Source of the DNA: a virus
Taxonomy: Duplodnaviria > Caudoviricetes
Length of the DNA stretch: 40,256 nucleotides
Virus record (IMG/VR): IMGVR_UViG_3300024309_000102
Coordinates: 1-40,256 of that record
Reading direction: 5' to 3' (one strand)
In this document: positions 8,356 to 15,577 of the stretch, piece after piece
How the letters are laid out: each line of letters opens with the position of its first letter
Numbering within the stretch: position 1 is the stretch's first letter
The notes under the pieces: generated by a model
Databases searched by the model: none
What the model saw: the letters and a program-made list of their open reading frames with translations, nothing else
Told to the model about the DNA's origin: nothing
Position numbers and translations under genes: made by a program

Positions 8356-9473
8356 GCAGGCTCCCCTTCAGGGATCAGGTTGGTTTGGTCCGGCTCTTCC
8401 TCGGGTTCGGTGGGTGCGTCGGGCTTCTCCCAGGCGTAATGCTTGCCTTCGAGCTTTACCCAGAGGTCGTCACGGAACATGTTGATGGTTGGCCAGTCGA
8501 AAGACTTGATACGTTCCCAGGAACGGCTACCGAATACGTCTTCCAGCAGGTCGCCCTTGGCCTTCTTGGCGTCAGCGGACTGCCCCGGGTGGTGCTTGCC
8601 GATGATCTCGGCAATCTCATCCAGAGCGATTTCCTTCATACGCTTCTCTTTCTGCCAGCGCGGCTCCCCGTCCTCTGCGAACAGTTCTTCGCTGGTCCGG
8701 CTGGTGTCGATCCCCAGATGCTCGCCGCCCAGGTTCAGGAACTCTATGTGCGGCAGGAAGTCGCGGAAGGCCGGGTTTTCGAACGTTTTGCCGTCTATGC
8801 GGGTGCTGCGGTCCTTGAGAACCGTAGCCGTGCGCCATACACGAGTACCGCCGCCCTCGACCAGCTCCTGGTTCTTCTCCATCAGGACCAAAATCGACGG
8901 CTCGTAGCCAGTCTCGGTTTCTGCCTTCATCTTGACCCCTGTCTTCGCGAGCTCCTTCTTGCCGGACTCGTTTTCGAAGAAGTCGTATTCGTAGCCAGCG
9001 CGGCCGCACATGATGATGTGGCACTTGCTGTTAACGAACAGGTCGGTGAACTTGCCCCACTCGGCCTTGAGCCATGCCCAGTCCTGAAATTCGAGGCCGC
9101 GCTTGCGATTCTTTCGCTGGGCGTATTCCTCGGTGAGGTTCCTCCAGAAGTGGCTAATGGAGTCGATCAGCAGCACGGACCCGGACGCCTCAGCTTCACG
9201 GATGGCGGTAAGAAGGTCCACGAATGCCCGAGTCTTGGCGGTGAACAGTTCGATATGGGCAGCATCAAAGCGCGGCTTCACCCAATCCGAGCCAGTCTCC
9301 GTGTCCAGAAACATGACCGGATTGTTTCCGGCCGGCAGTTCGCGCTGGCGCATCAGCTCTACCAATCCGATGGCGATCTCGGAAGCGGTGAAGGTTTTGC
9401 CGTCTCCGGCGAAGCCCATAATTCCAGCCTTCAAGTAGGCCTGGGTATTGGTGGCTCGTTGAAAGAGTGCCAT
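8352..9473 (-). CDS. AAA ATPase, Sak4-like phage recombination protein
   Basis: Walker A GFAGDGKT, LDTETGS, Walker B LLIDSISHFW; adjacent to ssb. Confidence 0.75.
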   Translation of the reverse strand: MALFQRATNTQAYLKAGIMGFAGDGKTFTASEIAIGLVELMRQRELPAGNNPVMFLDTETGSDWVKPRFDAAHIELFTAKTRAFVDLLTAIREAEASGSVLLIDSISHFWRNLTEEYAQRKNRKRGLEFQDWAWLKAEWGKFTDLFVNSKCHIIMCGRAGYEYDFFENESGKKELAKTGVKMKAETETGYEPSILVLMEKNQELVEGGGTRVWRTATVLKDRSTRIDGKTFENPAFRDFLPHIEFLNLGGEHLGIDTSRTSEELFAEDGEPRWQKEKRMKEIALDEIAEIIGKHHPGQSADAKKAKGDLLEDVFGSRSWERIKSFDWPTINMFRDDLWVKLEGKHYAWEKPDAPTEPEEEPDQTNLIPEGEPA

Positions 9474-9476
9474 GTC

Positions 9477-9638
9477 TTAATCCTTGGCGGCATAGGCCGT
9501 AGGGCGCCCGTCCTGGGCGATGGTTGTTTCGTCGCGCTGTTGGACTTCGCCGTAGCCGAAGAGCAGGGCAGTCAGAACAGCGGTGACGACGAAAGCGGAT
9601 AGGCGGGCGTCGCGGTCGCGCAGGAGGCGGCGGATCAT
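9477..9638 (-). CDS. Small membrane protein
   Basis: 53 aa, MIRRLLRDRDARLSAFVVTAVLTALLFGYG..; ATGA overlap with upstream gene. Confidence 0.6.
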   Translation of the reverse strand: MIRRLLRDRDARLSAFVVTAVLTALLFGYGEVQQRDETTIAQDGRPTAYAAKD

Positions 9639-9844
9639 TGGACGTCCCCTTCGGCGCGCGAGGGGAAGCAGCCTTCGCCGTCTTGACGGTCCAGATAGGC
9701 GCGGTGCTGACCAGTGCGGGCTTCCTGCTTGCGCGCCTTGCAGGACTTCGAGCATAAGCGCGCCCAGCCGCGTTTGCGGTCGGCCGTGCGCGCGGCGAAG
9801 GTGCCGCCGCACGCCAGGCACTTGTATTGGCCGGTGGAGATCAT
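9635..9844 (-). CDS. Small zinc-finger protein
   Basis: CLACGGTF..RGWARLCSKSC (CxxC...CxxxC); ATGA overlaps. Confidence 0.7.
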   Translation of the reverse strand: MISTGQYKCLACGGTFAARTADRKRGWARLCSKSCKARKQEARTGQHRAYLDRQDGEGCFPSRAEGDVQ

Positions 9845-10188
9845 TGGGCACCTCGGGCGGTCAGCGGGGTCTTGTCGTTGAACCATGCGTGGTCAAACGC
9901 ACGCATCGCGGCTTCGGGCGTATCGCCGAAGCCGGCCACGCCGTTCTGGAGGTTGTCGCCGTACAGCGCGCACCACTGGCTGCCGTCGATGCTCAGAACC
10001 GGACGAAACACCACGGCCGGGCGCTGCATTTCCGCGCCTGCAACGCCGAACTCTTGGGCGGCGCAGCGAATGATGTGGTCCGCATTGCCGAAAGCTTCGC
10101 GCAAGGCGCTTTCAACGGCTTGACCAACGTCGGCATGGCCAATGCGGCTGCGCACCGCGTCATAGATTGCTTGGTAGTTGTCGCTCAT
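9841..10188 (-). CDS. Phage hypothetical protein
   Basis: MSDNYQAIYDAVRS..DGSQWCALYGDNLQNGVAGFGDTPEAAMRAFD; coupled starts/stops. Confidence 0.75.
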   Translation of the reverse strand: MSDNYQAIYDAVRSRIGHADVGQAVESALREAFGNADHIIRCAAQEFGVAGAEMQRPAVVFRPVLSIDGSQWCALYGDNLQNGVAGFGDTPEAAMRAFDHAWFNDKTPLTARGAQ

Positions 10189-10511
10189 GCTCTGCTCCAT
10201 TCTGGCCAAAAGCCGCGCACGTATTGTTTGGTTTGGTAGTCGGCGACGTGGGCAATAGCCAGCGCCATCTGATCGCGACAAGAGATTCCGAGGATTCCGG
10301 ACGCCGCCAGTTCTAGGATCTTCTCGGGCCTGTCGGCGTCGCCTGCGATGAAAGCCAGCATGCGGGCGTCTGGGTTGTGCCATTCCCGCTCGAATGCTTC
10401 TATTACCGCCTGTCGATGCGTGAACAAGTCCCCCTCGATTTGCCGGTAAAGCTCCCCATACTTCTCGTCGTAGATTTCCTGGGGAGGGCTGAAGCTGAAT
10501 CGACTGCCCAT
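10185..10511 (-). CDS. Phage hypothetical protein
   Basis: 108 aa, AGGAGG RBS, ATGA overlap downstream. Confidence 0.7.
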   Translation of the reverse strand: MGSRFSFSPPQEIYDEKYGELYRQIEGDLFTHRQAVIEAFEREWHNPDARMLAFIAGDADRPEKILELAASGILGISCRDQMALAIAHVADYQTKQYVRGFWPEWSRA

Positions 10512-10527
10512 GTCGCCCTCCTGCAGC

Positions 10528-10544
10528 GCCAGCCTGCGGCTGGC
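10528..10544 (-). promoter_or_regulatory. DGR hairpin after VR3
   Basis: GCCAGCC-GCA-GGCTGGC, 29 nt 3' of VR3. Confidence 0.8.
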
Positions 10545-10559
10545 AAAGGGTTGAATTGA

Positions 10560-11033
10560 TTAAGGGATAAATCTGCGGACGGGACGAACCCGGAACTCGA
10601 GGTCGCGGCGCCAGTCGTCGACGTCGCCGTACTCGAAATGCACCGCCCAGGCGTCGCCGGAGCCGTAGGGCGTCGAGGTCCAGTAGTAGGATTTCTCGAA
10701 CAGTCCAGCGACCGCCGCAAGGCAAGCCATCCCTTCGTTCTTGGTAGGCAAGCGCCAGTCATAAAAGCCGCCGCCCTCGTATTCTTTTGCGTGTTGGCCG
10801 GCGACTTCCCATTCCTGCCGGCCCAGATTCTCATGAGCGACAATCAGGTGATGTACCTGGCCGTCTTCCACATAGGGACCTGCGTAGATGCCGCCCTGCA
10901 GTTCGGCTCCAATTCCCGCCGGCAGAGGGAAGGACGCTATCTCTTTCGGGGCCGTCGCCGTCGCGAGCAGCGTTTGAACCTGCTGGCGGATATGTTCCGC
11001 ATCGACGCCTTCGATATGAATCTGAATGCTCAT
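10560..11033 (-). CDS. DGR target protein 3 (remote), DUF1566/CLec-like
   Basis: ATG 11033 with GGAG RBS; LQGGIYAG, DWRLPTKNE, YYWTSTPYGS, VR at C-terminus. Confidence 0.9.
   Translation of the reverse strand: MSIQIHIEGVDAEHIRQQVQTLLATATAPKEIASFPLPAGIGAELQGGIYAGPYVEDGQVHHLIVAHENLGRQEWEVAGQHAKEYEGGGFYDWRLPTKNEGMACLAAVAGLFEKSYYWTSTPYGSGDAWAVHFEYGDVDDWRRDLEFRVRPVRRFIP
10574..10671 (-). repeat. Variable repeat VR3
   Basis: 98 bp vs TR: 13 mismatches, all at adenines. Confidence 0.95.
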
Positions 11034-11152
11034 GACTTCTCCATAGGGGAGTAGGTTGCTCAGGGCGGCGCACCCCCAGCCTTGGGTAAGGCTGACGGAG
11101 GGGCGTAGAGGAGGGAGTGGGATGCGCCGGCCTGAGCAGCCGAGGGAAGGAC

Positions 11153-11170
11153 GCCCCGGCAAGCCGGGGC
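11153..11170 (-). promoter_or_regulatory. DGR hairpin after VR4
   Basis: GCCCCGG-CTTG-CCGGGGC, 29 nt 3' of VR4. Confidence 0.75.
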
Positions 11171-11177
11171 AAAGGGA

Positions 11178-11639
11178 TTAATTGATCAAGCGATGATGCT
11201 GCGGACGGGACGAACCCGGAACTCGCTGCTGCGGTTCCAGGGGTAGACGCAGCCGTATCTCGAAACCCACCGCCCAGGCGTAGCTGGAGCCGTAGGGCGT
11301 CGAGGTCCACACATCGCCAACGTCTTCGCTGAACCCTTCGGCTGCCAACAGCAGCAGCGCTTCGCGATGGGAGGGCAGGTAGAAGTCCTTGTGGCCGTCG
11401 GCGCTGTATTCGGAAGCGGCCAGGGCTGCAGGATGGCCGCCGCGCTCCAGCAGCTTGCGGGTGTTCTCGGCGCCGTCCAGATCCGAGTAGCCTTCCAGCT
11501 TGTCGCCGCAGCCGCCAAATTCGAACTCGCCGTCCAGCAACTCTGCCGCGGCGAACAGGTGACGCCCCTGCGCGGTCTTGCCGATGTAGATGCCGCCCTG
11601 GCCCTCGGCGTATTGGCCAACTACGAATGCATTGCTCAT
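11178..11639 (-). CDS. DGR target protein 4 (remote), frameshifted inside its VR
   Basis: GQGGIYIG, DFYLPSHRE, WTSTPYGS; +1 nt at ~11257 moves the conserved FRVRPVRSIIA* end (stop at 11186) into another frame. Confidence 0.85.
   Translation of the reverse strand: MSNAFVVGQYAEGQGGIYIGKTAQGRHLFAAAELLDGEFEFGGCGDKLEGYSDLDGAENTRKLLERGGHPAALAASEYSADGHKDFYLPSHREALLLLAAEGFSEDVGDVWTSTPYGSSYAWAVGFEIRLRLPLEPQQRVPGSSRPQHHRLIN
11200..11298 (-). repeat. Variable repeat VR4 (99 bp)
   Basis: 11 mismatches at TR adenines plus a 1-nt insertion in an AAC codon. Confidence 0.93.
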
Positions 11640-11654
11640 TGAGTGATCTCCTAG

Positions 11655-12146
11655 TTATGCCGGGGTGCCGGCGTCGTAAGCTGGGTAGGGTGGCAAGGAG
11701 GCGACGATTGCTTGGCATGCAGCCAAGTCGCCGGCCCCGTAGTAGCGCATCTTTCCGCCTTCGCTTCGCTGGACGTTGTAACGACCAGGGCTTTTGGCTT
11801 GCCGATAGATGAAGGGATACCCAGACCTCGCAGCCTCGGCCCCTCTGTTCTGCATGTTGAGCAGATGGGGGACGTCGCGAAGGTTGCCGATTCTGTTATC
11901 GGAAGGGTTTCTGTTGATGTGGTCTATTTCATTCTTCGGCCAAGCACCGTGGCACATGAGCCATATGATCCGATGCTGGCGATAGGTCCGGCCGCCGATG
12001 CCGACGATCAGGTAACCCGCGCCGTCAATGGCTCGAAGGACCTTTCCGCTAGGCCCAGTCAATTCCCCGGTCTCTGGGTCATATCGGAACCTCTCAGCCA
12101 GGATGGACTTCAACTTTTCAAGATCCATTCCGCTCTCCTGTTTCAT
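11655..12146 (-). CDS. HNH homing endonuclease
   Basis: HRIIW..HG.WP..EIDHINRNPSDNRIGNLR..N; start may be ATG 12128. Confidence 0.88.
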   Translation of the reverse strand: MKQESGMDLEKLKSILAERFRYDPETGELTGPSGKVLRAIDGAGYLIVGIGGRTYRQHRIIWLMCHGAWPKNEIDHINRNPSDNRIGNLRDVPHLLNMQNRGAEAARSGYPFIYRQAKSPGRYNVQRSEGGKMRYYGAGDLAACQAIVASLPPYPAYDAGTPA

Positions 12147-12885
12147 TCAAAGCCCAGCACTCGGTGAATGGGGCTTCAGATGGACCGCTTACGCCCGGTC
12201 AGTCGGCAAAGTCACGCTATGCAGGTCGTCGCAACGCACAGAGTTGTCCGAACCGTCGGGCTCCACAATGTCCGGGTCACTGCATCCTGGGGAATCGGAG
12301 AAGAGGTAAGCGCCTTTGCTGCCGTTGATGGGTAGAACCGCGCTCTAACGGCTTACGCGTCCTGGCTATCCCGACTACGGGCCGCCCAGGCTGCGGTTTT
12401 GATCGTTCATTCGTCAGCCGGCGCTCCAAGAACGGGCTGACGGATGAAATTCCGGGGCAGTGCATGGCTTAGCTGTTCCCTCGCAACTATCCGGAAATTC
12501 CAGATAGTTGGTCATCGGCTCCAAGCCACGCACTGCCTCTTCAATCCACCGCAGGCCCAGCAACACAACTCGCCGAGCAAGGGAATGGATAGCCTCTGAT
12601 CTTTCGTCCGGGGTGGAGGGTTGCGCCCGGGGCCTAGCCACCTTTCGGTCATCGGCCTGTTCTATCGCTTTGCAGTCAGAGATCACGCAACATCCAGGTC
12701 TGGCGCCGGCCCGGGCCGCCATTCATGCCCGACATTCTTCCGACCCGGAATCGGCGTGGTGTACGTCACTGAGCGTCTACTTGGTATGGGCCTACCCACT
12801 CGAATGACCTAACAGCGCGCATGCCTGCGGCTGCTTTCGACGTTGCTGACACCAGCGCCAGACCTGGCTGCTCGTGATCTCTGGT

Positions 12886-12897
12886 TGTTAAAGAACG
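12886..12897 (-). promoter_or_regulatory. boxA antitermination element (nutL-like)
   Basis: CGTTCTTTAACA on minus strand, close to the boxA consensus, ~120 nt downstream of predicted PL. Confidence 0.6.
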
Positions 12898-13015
12898 GTG
12901 CTCGCCTTCCCCCATCCGACTTCGTGGCGGTACGTCTCCCTCTTGAGGCGATGCCCTGACTGCTGGCTGAGGGTCCGTGGGGGTCTTGCTGCGCCGTGTT
13001 TGCAGCGCGTAGGTG

Positions 13016-13057
13016 TAATGTGCCACAAGAAAAACTAGCATGCAAGAAAAACTAGTA
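13016..13057 (-). promoter_or_regulatory. PL promoter with two tandem 17-bp operators (OL)
   Basis: CACAAGAAAAACTAGCA (13024-13040) and TGCAAGAAAAACTAGTA (13041-13057) match the OR sites; minus strand TTGCAT-17-CACATT. Confidence 0.8.
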
Positions 13058-13184
13058 GATAAAGTTGTAACGGCTCCGCCTGGACGAAAAAAACCCGCTC
13101 GAGGCAGACTGTCGGAAGCACTTAAGGACTTTCAAGCTACGATGGGTTTGCCCAACCGTTTGCACCTCAACCGAAGGAGAGGAG

Positions 13185-13454
13185 ATGAAATACGAAGACG
13201 AATATGACGATGTCCCCGGCATGGATGACATCTCTTCAGAAGATATGTCGGAGCTGCTCGAGGAAGCTGTGGCAGACGGAGAGATCGAAGAGAATTTACC
13301 TGGCTATGGGATAGCCCTGGTTGTGCTTGATGGTGGATGGGATGCTCTATCTCCCAAGCAGCGAGCGATCTTTGACAAGCGCGTTCAGCCAATCTTGACG
13401 CGTCGGGCGGAGGCGCTGGCCGTGCAACGGATCCTCGATCGCGCGCCGGAGTAG
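13185..13454 (+). CDS. Small acidic hypothetical protein
   Basis: Strong GGAGAGGAG RBS; 89 aa. Confidence 0.75.
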   Translation: MKYEDEYDDVPGMDDISSEDMSELLEEAVADGEIEENLPGYGIALVVLDGGWDALSPKQRAIFDKRVQPILTRRAEALAVQRILDRAPE

Positions 13455-13529
13455 TAACGGACGGGCAACAGAAAGCCGCCCGGACGCATCGTGCGCCAAG
13501 GGGTGGGCTGCAGCTTTCCAGGGGGGGGC

Positions 13530-13778
13530 ATGGACAAGTCGACCATGCTGGCACTGATGATGACGGCTAAGAAGGGCGATCCCGGCGACTGGGAGTCGCT
13601 GCTTACCGTGTACGCTCAGCGCCTTGAACAGATCGCGCCGAAGCTGACCGAGGACGAGCTGTACTCGATGCTGGCAGTAGGGGCGGCCATCTATCAGCGG
13701 TGGTGTCAGCACACCGATTCGGAGAAGGAGGCCGCCGAAACGCTGCTGCGCCTGACTGGAGACAGGCCGCTGGAATGA
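13530..13778 (+). CDS. Hypothetical protein
   Basis: G-run RBS, MDKSTMLALMM.., 82 aa, followed by terminator. Confidence 0.65.
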   Translation: MDKSTMLALMMTAKKGDPGDWESLLTVYAQRLEQIAPKLTEDELYSMLAVGAAIYQRWCQHTDSEKEAAETLLRLTGDRPLE

Positions 13779-13806
13779 AAAAGCCACCCGAAGGTGGCTT
13801 CTTCTT
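13778..13806. terminator. Bidirectional intrinsic terminator
   Basis: AAAAAGCCACC-CGAA-GGTGGCTTCTTCTT between convergent genes. Confidence 0.75.
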
Positions 13807-14139
13807 ACTCGGGTCTAGGCCAATCAGGCTGGGCGTACCTTCGGTTGCACTGCTGTCGAGTGTCCGAACGGCCACCTTTGCCGCTTGATGTAGCTCGTCA
13901 ACTCTTGCTCCGACGATTGTTCCTGGCGCGACGCTGGGGCAGGGGAGCTCTCGGTTCTGCTATCCGTGGTGCCTCGGGAGGCGCGGTTGATCATAGGCTT
14001 CTCCATGCCGCTCGTTAGACGATAGCAACCAGCACCTACCGTATCTCAATATGTTGAAGCGTAAGAATACACCAAAATATATGCCCTATTTGTTGCAATT
14101 GAAAAGCGACAGGGCTGGCGAATGGGGAGCATGGGCGAT

Positions 14140-14168
14140 AAAAAAGCCACCCAGAGGTGGCTCTTCTT
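14140..14168 (-). terminator. Intrinsic terminator (near copy of 13778-13806)
   Basis: AAAAAAGCCACC-CAGA-GGTGGCTCTTCTT. Confidence 0.7.
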
Positions 14169-14187
14169 GGCAACAGCGGATTCCGCA

Positions 14188-14388
14188 CTACGCTCCGCTC
14201 AGGTCAAAGCGGTGGCCAAGCTTAAATTTGACGAATCCGCCACGCACAACATAGTGCGCACGCTCGCGCTCTGACTTAAGGATTTCATCAAGAGTGGCGG
14301 GTTCATCTTGGTTTCTGACGAGAACGGCCGGCAGATCGGACTTGCCGGCCGGTCGCGGGAACTGCGCGGGCTTCTGGCTTGTCTTCAT
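14188..14388 (-). CDS. Small hypothetical protein overlapping the protease 3' end
   Basis: AGGAAGAGAG upstream of ATG 14388; 66 aa; followed by terminator. Confidence 0.45.
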   Translation of the reverse strand: MKTSQKPAQFPRPAGKSDLPAVLVRNQDEPATLDEILKSERERAHYVVRGGFVKFKLGHRFDLSGA

Positions 14389-15277
14389 GGCTCTCTTCCT
14401 TTGCTTCAAAAAGTAACACAACCGGTTCGCGGCAAGGCGTGGTCGCCAGTGAACCCAATTCTATCAAAAGCTCATTCTCCGCGCTACTTGGCTGTCTGAC
14501 GGACTTGAACAGCCTTTGAGCTTCATCCCTGTCGATCACAAAGCTGTGAGAAGGATAGCCCATCAATAGATTCTCTAATGCTCGTGGAGCGAGGTTTTTA
14601 GGGCGTACATTCAATCTTTGTCCGTAAGCTCTTCCAACAGCCATTGATCGAGCGACTTCGCCAATTTTCTGAGGATCAATCTGGCGGTAGATCGGCTCGA
14701 AGAGCCCTTTGGCCACAGATGACGCAATGTCCGACGCGGTTTTAAGTGTTACTAGGCCCTGGCTATGGTCTTTGATTTGTCTCATGAAAGAGTCAAAGAA
14801 GCGGAATGCGTAATGCTCGAGATTGTCTAAGGCCTCGCTGATGACGAGGCCGGAGTCTCGTTCGTCGATCTCATCTCGCTTGGCCAGTTGAATATCAAGC
14901 GGGCCCAGTTCTGCCTCATCGCTCATAATTAAAGTATTGGCAGTGATTAAGAGCATAGTCCCAGCGCTTTTGCACCAGCCCGCGACAAGCGCTTCGCTTT
15001 GATCGTAAGTGTTCTGGATTGCTCGGCCAATACGAAATGCCACGTCCGGTGATCCACCTGGGGTAGCTAGAACAAAAATGAGTTTCTTTGGTCTGCTTTC
15101 GTTCGCGCGGCGGTCGCGAAGGATCTCCAATGCTCTTTCTTCTAGACCATTGAAGCAAGAGCCATTTATTAGCATGACGTCTGCATCGGACGCCCCGCAT
15201 AGAGCTAGCGCTTTTTCTTTTACCTGCTCAGGGTCTAGCGGCTTGGGCGCCGCTAAGAGATCGGTGGGCTCTTCCAT
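14303..15277 (-). CDS. ClpP-fold serine protease (SDH_sah/SppA-like), accessory gene
   Basis: LATPGGSPDVAFRI, CKSAGTML..AN.LIM...ELGPLDIQL, YPSHSFVIDRDEA; lower GC than phage core. Confidence 0.85.
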   Translation of the reverse strand: MEEPTDLLAAPKPLDPEQVKEKALALCGASDADVMLINGSCFNGLEERALEILRDRRANESRPKKLIFVLATPGGSPDVAFRIGRAIQNTYDQSEALVAGWCKSAGTMLLITANTLIMSDEAELGPLDIQLAKRDEIDERDSGLVISEALDNLEHYAFRFFDSFMRQIKDHSQGLVTLKTASDIASSVAKGLFEPIYRQIDPQKIGEVARSMAVGRAYGQRLNVRPKNLAPRALENLLMGYPSHSFVIDRDEAQRLFKSVRQPSSAENELLIELGSLATTPCREPVVLLFEAKEESHEDKPEARAVPATGRQVRSAGRSRQKPR

Positions 15278-15577
15278 GCTTTATGTTCTCCTCTTTCGAA
15301 TCCGTGTATTTTTCGAAAGGCTAGCCAGCCTGTCTTGCGCCTTACATCAATGGGCCGCGGTGTGCGGCCGCAAAATGCAATACTCTTAGTATCTGGTTAC
15401 GTGCATCGTTAAAGTGCCCAATTCTGCCGGCTTCTCTCACAGTTGGCCACCTTTCTAACTAGCGCATCATGTTATTCGGTGATCACGACCGCACCCACTG
15501 TCCCGCATCATCGTCGCGCAGCCTGGCGCCAGTTACGCCTAATGGCCCAGCCCCTTCAGTGCCTTGGTCGAGTCGAT

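Noticed and set aside
6111-11298. Five ~98-bp repeats as a CRISPR array or simple duplications
   Set aside because: They are dispersed, lie inside coding 3' ends and differ almost only at TR adenines; no repeat-spacer periodicity and no cas genes
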